Assembly: GCA_030390025.1 (NCBI GenBank)
Contig: CM059438.1
Span: 60,204,001-60,268,000 of the forward strand
DNA: 64,000 bases
Direction of reading: 5' to 3'
Source of the DNA: Squalus acanthias
Lineage: Eukaryota
Below are positions 38,988-50,494 of this stretch, one piece after another (positions within the stretch are counted from its first letter, which is position 1; the number at the start of each line of letters is the position of its first letter). The position numbers were made by a program, and so were the translations under genes. A model generated the notes under the pieces. It did no database searches and was not told the DNA's origin. It saw only the letters and a program-made list of their open reading frames with translations.

Positions 38988-41900
38988 ATCAATGTAGGGG
39001 TTCAATCAGGAAATCAGTTCAAGGTGATATCAGTTTTGGGGTACAGTCAGGAAATCAGTTCAAGGTGATATCAGTGTAGGTATTGACTAGAAATCTGTTC
39101 AAGCTGATATCAGTGTAGGGGTACAGTCTAGAAATCAGTTCAAGGTGATATCAGTGTCGGGGTAGAGTCAGGAAGTCACTTCATGGTGATATTAGTGTAG
39201 GATACCGTCAGAAATCTGGTAAGTAGATCTCAGTCTATGGATACAGTCAGGAAATCAGTTCAAGGTGATATCAGTGCAGGGATACAGTCAGGAATTCAGT
39301 TCATGGTGATATCAGTGTTGGGTACAGTCAGGAATTCAGTTCAAGGTTATATGAGGTTAGGGTATAGTCAGTAAACCAGTTCAAGGTGATATCTGTTTAG
39401 GTACAGTCAGGAAATCAGGTTAAGGTGAAATCAGTGTTGGGTACAGTCAGGAAATCAGGTAAGGTGATATCTGTGTAGGGAAACAGTCTGGAAATCAGTT
39501 CATGGTGATATCAGTGTAGGGGTACAGTCAGGAAATCAGTTCAAGGTGATATTAGGTTAGGGGACAGTCAGGAAATCAGTTCAAGGTGATGTCGCTGTCG
39601 GGGTACAGTCAGGAAATCAGTTCAAGGTGATGTCGCTGTTGGGGTACAGTCAGGAAATCAGTTCAAGGTGATATTAGGTTAGGGGACTGTCAGGAAATCA
39701 GTTCAAGGTGATATTAGGTTAGAGGACAGTCAGGAATTCAGTTCAAGGTGATATCAGTGTCGGGGTACAGTCAGGAAATCAGTTCAAGGTGATATCAGCG
39801 TCAGGGTACAGTCAGGAAGTCACTTCATGGTGATATTAGTGTAGGGTACAGTCAGGAAGTCACTTCATGGTGATATTAGTGTAGGGTACCGTCAGAAATC
39901 AGGTAAGTAGATCTCAGTCTATGGATACAGTCAGGAAATCAGTTCAAGGTGATATCAGTGCAGGGATACAGTCAGGAAATCAGTTCATGGTAATATCAGT
40001 TTAGGGTACAGTCAGGAAATCAGGTCAAGGTGAAATTAGTGTAGGTATTGTCTAGAAATCTGTTCAAGCTGATATCTGTGCAGGGGTACAGTCATGAAAT
40101 CTGTTCAAGGTGATATCTGTGCAAGGGTACAGTCAGAAAATCAGTTCAAGGTGATATCAGTGTAGGGATACAGTCAGATAATCAGTTCAAGGTGATATCA
40201 GTGTCGGGGTACAGTCAGGAAGTCACTTCATGGTGATATTAGTGTAGGGTACCGTCAGAAATCAGGTAAATAGATCTCAGTCTATGGATACAGTCAGGAA
40301 ATCAGTTCAAGGTGATATCAGTGCAGGGATACAGTCAGGAAAGCAGTTCATGGTGATATCAGTTTAGGGTACAGTCAGGAAATCAGGTCAAGGTGATATT
40401 AGTGTAGGTATTGTCTAGAAATCTGTTCAAGCTGATATCTGTGCAGGGGTACAGTCATGAAATCTGTTCAAGTTGATATCTGTGCAGGGGTACAGTCAGG
40501 AAATCAGTTCAAGGTGATATTAGGTTAGGGGACAGTCAGGAAATCAGTTCAAGGTGATGTCGCTGTCGGGGTACAGTCAGGAAATCAGTTCAAGGTGATG
40601 TCGCTGTTGGGGTACAGTCAGGAAATCAGTTCAAGGTGATATTAGGTTAGGGGACTGTCAGGAAATCAGTTCAAGGTGATATTAGGTTAGGGGACAGTCA
40701 GGAATTCAGTTCAAGGTGATATCAGTGTCGGGGTACAGTCAGGAAATCAGTTCAAGGTGATATCAGCGTCAGGGTACAGTCAGGAAGTCACTTCATGGTG
40801 ATATTAGTGTAGGGTACAGTCAGGAAGTCACTTCATGGTGATATCAGTGTCGGGGTACAATCAGGAAATCAGTTCAGAGTGATATCAGGGTAGAGATACA
40901 GTCAGGAAATCAGTTCAAGATTGTATGAGTGTAGGGGTACAGTCAGGAATTTATTTCAAGGTGATATCAGTTGGGGGTACAGTCATGAAGTCAGTTTAGG
41001 GTGATATCAGTTTAGGGTACAGTCAGTAAACCAGTTGAAGGTGATATCAGTGTAGGTATTGGCTAGAAATCTGTTCAAGCTGATATCAGTGTAGGGGTAC
41101 AGTCAGAAAATCAGTTCAAGGTGATATCAGTGTAGGGGTACTGTCAGGAAGTCACTTCATGGTGATATTAGTGTAGGGTACTGTCAGAAATCAGGTAAGT
41201 AGATTTCAGTCTATGGATACAGTCAGGAAATCAGTTCATGGTGATATCAGTTTAGGGTACAGTCAGGAAATCAGGTCAAGGTGATATCAGTGTAAGTATT
41301 GTCTAGAAATCTGTTCAAGCTGATATCAGTGCAGGGGTACAGTCAGTAAATCAGGGCAACGTGATATCTGTTTAGGTACAGTCAGGAAATCATTTCAAGA
41401 TGATATCAGTGTCGGCTACAGTCAGGAAATCACTTCATGATGATAACAGTGTAGGGATACAGTCAGATAATCAGTTCAAGGTGATATCAGTGTCGGGGTA
41501 CAATCAGGAAATCAGTTCAGAGTGATATCAGGGTAGAGATACAGTCAGGAAATCAGTTCAAGATTGTATGAGTGTAGGGGTACAGTCAGGAATTTATTTC
41601 AAGGTGATATCAGTTGGGGGTACAGTCATGAAGTCAGTTTAGGGTGATATCAGTTTAGGGTACAGTCAGTAAACCAGTTGAAGGTGATATCAGTGTAGGT
41701 ATTGGCTAGAAATCTGTTCAAGCTGATATCAGTGTAGGGGTACAGTCAGAAAATCAGTTCAAGGTGATATCAGTGTAGGGGTACAGTCAGGAAGTCACTT
41801 CATGGTGATATTAGTGTAGGGTACTGTCAGAAATCAGGTAAGTAGATTTCAGTCTATGGATACAGTCAGGAAATCAGTTCATGGTGATATCAGTTTAGGG

Positions 41901-44900
41901 TACAGTCAGGAAATCAGGTCAAGGTGATATCAGTGTAAGTATTGTCTAGAAATCTGTTCAAGCTGATATCAGTGCAGGGGTACAGTCAGGAAATCAGTTC
42001 AAGGTGATATCAGTGTAGGGGTACAGTCAGAAAATCAGTTCAAGGTGATATCAGTGTAGGGGTACAGTCAGGAAATCAGTTCAAGGTGATATCAGTGTCG
42101 GGGTACAGTCAGAAAATCAGTTCAAGGTGATATCAGTGTCGGGGTGCAGTCAGGAAATCAGTTCAAGGTGATATCAGTGTAGGGTACAGTCAGGAAATCA
42201 GTTCAAGGTGATGTCGCTGTCGGGGTACAGTCAGGAAATCAGGGCAAGGTGATATCAGTGTAGGGTACAGTCAGTAAATCAGGGCAAGGTGATATCAGTG
42301 TAGGGTACAGTCAGGAAATCATTTCAAGATGATATCAGTGTCGGCTACAGTCAGGAAATCACTTCATGATGATAACAGTGTAGGGATACAGTCAGTAAGT
42401 CACTTCATGGTGATATTAGTGTAGGGTACAGTCAGGAAGTCACTTCATGGTGATATTAGTGTAGGGTACCGTCAGAAATCAGGTAAGTAGATCTCAGTCT
42501 ATGGATACAGTCAGGAAATCAGTTCAAGGTGATATCAGTGCAGGGATACAGTCAGGAATTCAGTTCATGGTGATATCATTGTAGGGTACAGTCAGGAATT
42601 CAGTTCAAGGTTATATCAGGTTAGGGTATAGTCAGGAAACCTTTTCAAGGTGATATCTGTTTAGGTACAGTCAGGAAATCAGGTCAAGGTGTTATCAGTG
42701 TAGGGTACAGTCAGGAAATCAGGTAAGGTAATATCTGTGTAGAGATACAGTCTGGAAATCAGTTCATGGTGATATCAGTGTAGGGAACAGTCAGGAAATC
42801 AGGTAAGGTGATATCTGTGTAGAGATACAGTCTGGAAATCAGTTCAAGGTGATATCAGTGTAGGGGTTCAATCAGGAAATCAGTTCAAGGTGATGTCAGT
42901 TTTGGGGTACAGTCAGGAAATCAGTTCCAGCTGATATCAGTGTAGGTATTGGCTAGAAATCTGTTCAAGCTGATATCAGTGTAGGGGTACAGTCAGAAAA
43001 TCAGATCATGGTGATATCAGTGTAGGGGTACAGTCAGAAAATCAGTTCAAGGTGATATCAGTGTAGGGGTATAGTCAGGAAGTCACTTCATGGTGATATT
43101 AGTGTAGGGTACCGTCAGAAATCAGGTAAGTAGATTTCAGTCTATGGATAGAGTCAGGAAATCATTTCAATGTGATATCAGTGCAGGGATACAGTCAGGA
43201 AATCAGGTCAAGGTGTTATCAGTGTAGGGATACAGTCAGGAAATCAGTTCAAGGTGATATCAGTGTCGGGGTACAGTCAGGAAATCAGTTCAAGGTGATC
43301 TCGCTGTCGGGGTACAGTCAGGAAATCAGTTCAAGGTGATGTCGCTGTCGGGGTACAGTCAGGAAATCAGTTCAAGGTGATATTAGGTATGGGGACAGTC
43401 AGGAAATCAGTTCAAGGTGATATCAGTGTCGGGGTACAGTCAGGAAATCAGTTCAAGGTGATATCAGTGTAGGGTACAGTCAGTAAATCAGGGCAAGGTG
43501 ATATCAGTGTAGGTACAGTCAGGAAATCATTTCAAGATGATATCAGTGTCGGCTACAGTCAGGAAATCACTTCATGATGATAACAGTGTAGGGATACAGT
43601 CAGATAATCAGTTCAAGGTGATATCAGTGTCGGGGTACAATCAGGAAATCAGTTCAGAGTGATATCAGGGTAGAGATACAGTCAGGAAATCAGTTCAAGA
43701 TTGTATGAGTGTAGGGGTACAGTCAGGAATTTATTTCAAGGTGATATCAGTTGGGGGTACAGTCAGGAAGTCAGTTCATGGTGATAATCAGTTTAGGGTA
43801 CAGTCAGTAAATCATTCAAGGTGATATTAGGTTCGGGGACAGTCAGGAAATCAGTTCAAGGTGATGTCAGATAAAAGTATAGTCAGGAAACCAGTTCAAA
43901 GTGATATCAGTTTAGGTTTACAGTCAGGAAATCTGTTCAAGGTGATATCAGTGTATGGGTACATTCAGGAAATCAGTTCATGGTGATATCAGTGTAGGGT
44001 ACAGTCAGGAAATCGGTTCAAGGTGATATCAGGTTCGGGTACAGTCAGGAAATCAGTTCAAGGTGATATCAGTGTAGGGTACATTCAGGAAATCAGTTCA
44101 TGGTGATATCAGTTTAGGGTACATTCATGAAATCAGTTCATGGTGATATCAGTTTAGGGTACAGTCAGGAAATCAGGTCAAGGTGATATAAGTGTAGGGT
44201 ACAGTCAGGAAATCAGTTCAAGATTGTATGAGTGTAGGGGTACAGTCAGGAATTTATTTCAAGGTGATATCAGTTGGGGGTACAGTCAGGAAGTCAGTTC
44301 AGGGTGATAATCAGTTTAGGGTACAGTCAGTAAATCAGTTCAAGGTGATATTAGTTTCGGGGACAGTCAGGAAATCAGTTCAAGGTGATGTCAGATAAAA
44401 GTATAGTCAGGAAACCAGTTCAAAGTGATATCAGTTTAGGTTTACAGTCAGGAAATCTGTTCAAGGTGATATCAGTGTATGGGTACATTCAGGAAATCAG
44501 TTCATGGTGATATCAGTTTAGGGTACCGTCAGGAAATCAGATCAAGGTGATATCAGTGTAGGGTACAGTCAGGAAATCAGTTCAAGGTGATATCAGGTTC
44601 GGGTACAGTCAGGAAATCAGTTCAAGGTGATATCAGTGTAGGGTACATTCAGGAAATCAGTTCATGGTGATATCAGTTTAGGGTACATTCATGAAATCAG
44701 TTCATGGTGATATCAGTTTAGGGTACAGTCAGGAAATCAGGTCAAGGTGATATCAGTGTAGGGTACAGTCAGGAAATCAGTTCAAGGTGATATCAGTGTA
44801 GGGTACAGTCAGGAAATCAGTTCAAGGTGATATCAGTGTGGCAGTACAGTCAGGAAATCAGTTCAAGGTGATATCAGTGTAGGGGTACAGTCAGGAAATC

Positions 44901-45600
44901 AGTTCAAGGTGATATCAGTGTAGGGGTACAGTCAGTAAATCAGTTCAAGGTGATATCACTGTAGGGGTACAGTCAGTAAATCAGTTCATGGTGCTATCAG
45001 TGTAGGGGTACAGTCAGGAAATCAGTTCAAGGTGATATCAGTGTAGGGGTACAGTCAGTAAATCAGTTCATGGTGATATCAGTGTAGGGGTACAGTCAGG
45101 AAATCAGTTCAGAGTGATATCAGTGTAGGGGTACAGTCAGTAAATCAGTTCATGGTGATATCAGTGTAGGGGTACAGTCAGTAAATCAGTTCAAGCTGAT
45201 ATCAATGTAGGTACAGTCAGGAAATCAGTTCAAGGTGATATCAGTGTAGGGTACAGTCAGGAAATCAGTTCAAGGTGATATCAGTGTAGGGTACAGTCAG
45301 GAAATCAGTTCATGGTGATATCAGTGTAGGGGTACAGTCAGGAAATCAGTTCATGGTGATATCAGTGTAGGGGTACTGTCAGGAAACCAGTTCAAGGTGA
45401 TATCAGTGTAGGGGTACAGTCAGGAAACCAGTTCAAGGTGATATCAGTGTCGGGGTACAGTCAGGAAATCAGTTCAAGGTGATATCAGTGTAGGGGTACA
45501 GTCAGGAAATCAGTTCAAGGTGATATCAGTGTGGGGGTACAGCCAGGAAATCACCTCATGGTGATATCAGTGTTAGGGGAACTGTCAGGAAATCTGTTCA
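38988..45600. repeat. Second array of the 40/41-bp satellite
   Basis: Same consensus as 1-19410, with array-specific variants (GAAGTCACTTCATGG; GTAAGTAGATCTCAGTCTATGG). Confidence 0.99.
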
Positions 45601-45831
45601 AATACAGGGATGAATCTTAAGGGAGCGCTGAAGAAATAACAGAATTTTAGAGATTACAAATGAGAAAGCTGAAAGAAGACAATCTGATCTGAATGGATTG
45701 CACACTGGGATAAGAAATATTAGGGTATTGAAGTCAGTCACATGCTGGCAGCTATTGTTAAGTCACTCTTTGGAAATAAGAATAGTGGCTGAGGATTGAA
45801 GAAGGCCAAAGTACTTCCAATTTATAAAATA

Positions 45832-46275
45832 AGAACTTGCATTTATAAAGCGCCTTTCACCACCTCAGGTCATCCCGAAACGTTTCACAGTCAATTCAGT
45901 ATTTTTGAACATTAGTCACTGTTGTAATGTAGGGAAATGCAGCAGCCAATTTGTACACAGCAAGCAATGTGATAAATGACCAGATAATCCATTTTTTAGC
46001 AGTGTGGGTTGAGAGATAAATGTTGGTCAGGACACCAGGAGAACTTCCCTGCTCTTCTTTGAAATAGTGCCATGGGATCTTCTACATCCACCTGAGAGGG
46101 CAGACGGAGCCTCGGTTTAATGTCTCGTCCCAAAGATGGCATCTCCGACAGTGCCGCACTCCCTCAGTACTGCACTGGGAGTGTCAGCCTAGGTTATTAT
46201 GGGCTCAAGTCTGAAGTGGGGATTGAACACATGACGTTCTGACTCAGAGACAGGAATGCTCCCAGCTGAGCCACG
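45832..46275 (-). mobile_element. Deu-domain SINE (SacSINE1-like)
   Basis: tRNA-like head (GTGGCTCAGCTGG...GTTCAATCCC) and Deu-like core CAGTACTGAGGGAGTGCGGCACTGTCGGAGATGCCATCTTT. Confidence 0.75.
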
Positions 46276-47074
46276 GGATAAAGGTAAAGGGAACTGAGGG
46301 GTAGTGAGCATGACCATCTGTAGTAGGAAAACACTAGAGGGCATCCTGAAATGGGAAGCATCTGGAGAAATCAGGATGAATCAGAGGAAAGTGTTGAATA
46401 TTCTAAAGGGTAAAGGTCAACTGAGCCCTGATGAATCGTCGGGCACAGCCACAGACTCTGACCAGAGGCAAGGATTCAGACTGAGGAAGGGTGGGTGAAC
46501 GGACAGCTCAGACTTGCTGGTATGGAAGGTAAATGCCAGCACAGACTGGTCAGGCCACATGGCCTCTTTCCATCTTGTAATTTCTGTGTATATCTACGTA
46601 CTTAACAGCTTCAGACAGAGTGAATGTGGGGAACAGGCTGTCCAGGGAGACAGCGCAGGCAAACTGCTGCTTCCTTATTTGTAATCTCTAAACTTCTGTC
46701 TATTTAATAGCTCATCCCGCCCGACTGTCCTGGGAAGGGGAGACACTGATTCCTCTGAACACTGACACACGCAAGTCACTTTCCATAGTTTTTTGGCGAC
46801 CCTGGGGAATTGCAGGTGTGAGGCATTTAGAATTTGGGATTGGCCAAATGGACTGGACATTGTCACGTTTCTCCATTCAGGAAATGAACAAACTCAGCAC
46901 ATTATTGTAAATGTCTAACATTGCAGTAAATGCTGCACTAGTACAACGAGAAAGGATGGTGGAGCTGTGTAAACAGCACCAAATACTGTCTGGCTGCGTT
47001 ATAGCAATGTGAACTCTAGGGGGTGCCTGAAACCACCGTCAGAATTAATCACAGAAGGAATTGAGAAACACCAA

Positions 47075-47409
47075 CTCTTTCATGCATTTGTTTTTATTCA
47101 TTTTTTATATGCTTTGCAAAACAAGCTGAGTTTGTGTTAAGTGTACAGGCACTAGCAGCAAGGGAGGGGCTGTGAGGCACTGATTCCATCAGTGATATGA
47201 GTTTAATTAACGACACTCTGAAATATTACAGCATCAGTACGTCATCAGTCACTGGTTCAAACGGTGCCCCTGTTTAAACTAAAGTCTAATTGGGGCCAGT
47301 TATTATTGGATCGAACCAGCAGTATTCTCCAGGGCTCCGACCAGTGCCCACTATGAACGTGTTACACTGATTTGTTTGATGTTTTCAGGCACTTGTTGGA
47401 TGGCCTGAG
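47075..47409 (-). other. Putative terminal exon of peptide gene B, with polyA signal
   Basis: Branch point and acceptor CAACTAACACTTTAAATTACAG|CTCAGG at 47409. AATAAA at 47093-47098 followed by a GT-rich tract. Phase-1 reading xQAIQQVPENIKQISVTRS*. Confidence 0.55.
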
Positions 47410-47829
47410 CTGTAATTTAAAGTGTTAGTTGCTGTTTCCATTTGTAATCAGTGGGTTTTGTGCCATTTTCACATGTTTGTACTTTCAGAGTGAGCTGATG
47501 GAATTCAGAGACTCAGAGTCACACTGACCCTCACAAGCAAATATTCCGAAATCAGCAGCAGTGATTTCAGCTCATTAAATTATAATCAGCAATTTCTTCA
47601 TTTCAGCACATGGAGGCGAATAGCCAGAGTTGTAGTTCGATGTCCATCCTTCATTAAATGGTCCTTCGCTCCATGGAGGATGAGATCAATCAACCTGCAG
47701 CAGATAGAACATAAACTAGTCATTCTTCTCATTGAATTCCCTTGTTCAGTATTACACCTACACCCGGTAACCACAGGCCAGTCAGCCGAACGTTGGAGGT
47801 GGGGAAATTCTAGACACCACAATCCGGGA

Positions 47830-48740
47830 CAAAATGAATTGTCACTTGGAAAAACATGGGTTCATAAATGACAGGCAACATGGATTTGTTAAAGGCAAAT
47901 CGTGTCTGACAAACTTGATTGAGTTATTTGATGAAACCTGTCCTCATAATTTAGCCCAGGTATCGTTCTGGTGAGTCTGCGCTGCATCCCCTCCAAGGCC
48001 AATATATCCTTCCTGAGGGGCCGTGCCCTGAACTGAATGCAGTGTCCAGATAGGGTCTGACCAGAGATTTATGGAACTGGAACATAACTTCCACCCCTTT
48101 GTATTCCAGCCCTCTTGAGATAAAGGCCAACATTCCATTAACTTTTTAATCATTTTTTGTACCTGTCCACCAGCTTTTAGTGATTTCTGTACCTGGACCC
48201 CTAAATCTCTCTGCTCCTGCATAGTTCCTAACTTCACACCATTTAGAAAATAATCTGATCTATCTTTCTGAGGTCCAAAGTGGATGACCTCACGTTTCCC
48301 CAGATTGAACTCTATCTGCCACAGTTTTGTCCAAACACTTAATCTATCAATGTCCCTTTGCATCTTTCTGCTCCCAGTTACACTACTTAACATGCCTCCT
48401 AACTTGGTGTCGTTGGCAAACTTGGATATACGGCTCTCTCCCGAATATATCCAGAACGTCTCATCGTAATTATCCTTCACCTGCAACACACAGGCTCTCC
48501 ACCTGGATCTCAGGGTTAAATCACCGGCGGCCCCTTATACAAGGCAGCACCATGCACATTCTGGCTGCTTCACTCATTAACTGGCCTCTAGTTACCTGGT
48601 TTATCTCTTGACCCTTTTTAGAACAGGGTTGTAACATTTGCAATCCTCCAGTCCTCTGGCACCACCCCAGATCCAAGGAGGATTGAAAGATCGTGGTCAA
48701 AGCCTCTGCTATTTCCACCCTTACATCCGTCAGCAACCGA
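47830..48740 (-). mobile_element. Degenerate CR1 RT fragments, mostly on the minus strand
   Basis: ISKFANDTKLGG, QRDIDRLSVW, MLAFISRGLEYKG and EIAEALTTIFQSSLD motifs. Confidence 0.85.
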
Positions 48741-48797
48741 GAATTCACAACACAGATCAGCTCAGAGACAAGAGAGCCGGGAATGACTTCTACTTAC

Positions 48798-48908
48798 CCA
48801 GGCCTCACTTCGTAGTGTTAGCTCATTGCTCAGCCTCTCCCTCAGCCGGAGCCTCTCGCTCAGCCGGAGCCTCTTCCTGAATTGACTTCAGGAATTTCGC
48901 ACCCTTTT
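48798..48908 (-). CDS. Exon 6 of peptide gene B, a paralog of exon 5: KKGAKFLKSIQEEAPAEREAPAEGEAEQ*
   Basis: TCCTCTTTCAG acceptor, GTAAGT donor, 111 nt, phase 1-1. Upstream intron (CCAAGTTGCAGCTTCTTTAATGAATGATTCA) is homologous to that of exon 5. Confidence 0.7.
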
Positions 48909-49857
48909 CTGAAAGAGGATACAGAATTAAATCTTTCTGGCATTTTGACTTTGGAGTTTTTGGTCCAAGTTGCAGCTTCTTTAATGAATGATTCACTCCC
49001 TGCTTTTCTTAAAACACCTCCAGTTAGTCTGGGCTAGCTTACGCACTGTTGTAGTACAGAACTGTGTCCTGATGTGGCACTAAATTCTCTTTCAGAGATA
49101 ACTAATGTGGGAAATGAAAATGACACACCGATGCAGTGAGCCATTATAAGGTTAGGGCTTGGCTACATTAGTGGGGCTGAGAACTGAGTGCTTCACTCTG
49201 CAGTGTGATATATTTGACCAGAGGGCTGTTCTCTGCAGGTAACAATGCTTTAAGTTACTCTAACCTAACAGACAAAAAGCACTGACCCGTCGGACTGGGT
49301 CAGTTTCCTTGGGATCCAAGGATCCTGAAGGGAAACTAGGGAGGAAATATCACAGGTCCCACTATAATTTTCCAAATCTTGTGAAAAGTAAAATTGTGCT
49401 AGGGGACTGGTGGGAAATATAATTCTCCTCTTCGAACAAGGAGGCAGGGACAAGCCAGGAATTTATAGTCTCACTTCAATTGTTGGTAAACCACTAGACT
49501 GTATAATAGCAGAAGGAATTACTAATGCAACCACTTGGGGAGAGATGATTGGAGGGCAGAAAGGAAGTTAGTGGGAATGGAAAGGTACGGTGAGCGATGT
49601 TTCCCGATGTCTTTGTGAGCCGCCATCTTATTCACTGTGTCCATTAATGATCTGGACTGAGGAATTGAGGAATCAATATCGAGATTTGCCAATGACCCCC
49701 AATTAGGGAATGTGGCCCATTCTGACACAGAGCTTGTAAGACACTGATTGGTCGCAGGATGGGCAGATGAAGTTCAATGTCGCAAAGTACACGAAATACA
49801 TTTGGAAGTAAGAGTAGGGAAAATGCAAAAACATAAATTGAAACAAGAAAGAAAAAA

Positions 49858-50210
49858 AAGAAAGGCTTGCATTTATAGAGCGCCTTTCACGATCTTCGGA
49901 TGTCCCAAAGCGGTTTACAGCCAATAAAGTACTTTTGAAATGTAATGTAGGAAATGCAGCAGCCAATTTGTGCAAAGCCAGGACTCTGGGGACAACTCCC
50001 CTGCTCTTCTTCAAATAGTGCCATGGGCTATTTTACATCCACCTGCGAGGGCAGACAGGGCCTCAATTTAATGTCTCATCCAAAAGATGGCACCTCCCAC
50101 AGTGCAGCATTGGAGAGTCAGCCTAGATTTTGCTCTCAAGTCTCTGGAGTAGAACCGGTACCCACAATGTTCTGACCCAGAGGTGAGTGCCACCACTGAG
50201 CCACAGCTGA
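49858..50210 (-). mobile_element. Deu-domain SINE (copy B counterpart of 20100-20450)
   Basis: Near-identical to the copy A element. Confidence 0.7.
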
Positions 50211-50494
50211 CACATCGAGTAACTTAGTGAATCTGTGTGTGATGAGGGCTCAGTCATCCCTGCTCCTTTTAGCAGCACCAGAATTTTAAACTTTTCAAAA
50301 AAGGAACAGAAATTTCTATCAGGTAATAATTTGACAGCTGTGTTTAAGCTCGGCAGTCTGCTTCTCTGATTCACGGCACAGCACAGTTCCGAGTCAAGAG
50401 GAGCTACATACTCAAGCCTCGCTTCGCAGTGTCCGTCTCCTCAGACGGATACTGTTCCACCTCGGGATCAGGGCCCAATGGCCTACTCCTGCTC

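Noticed and set aside
1..45600. CRISPR-like array
   Set aside because: Units are contiguous with no unique spacers, no cas genes, and the context is vertebrate.
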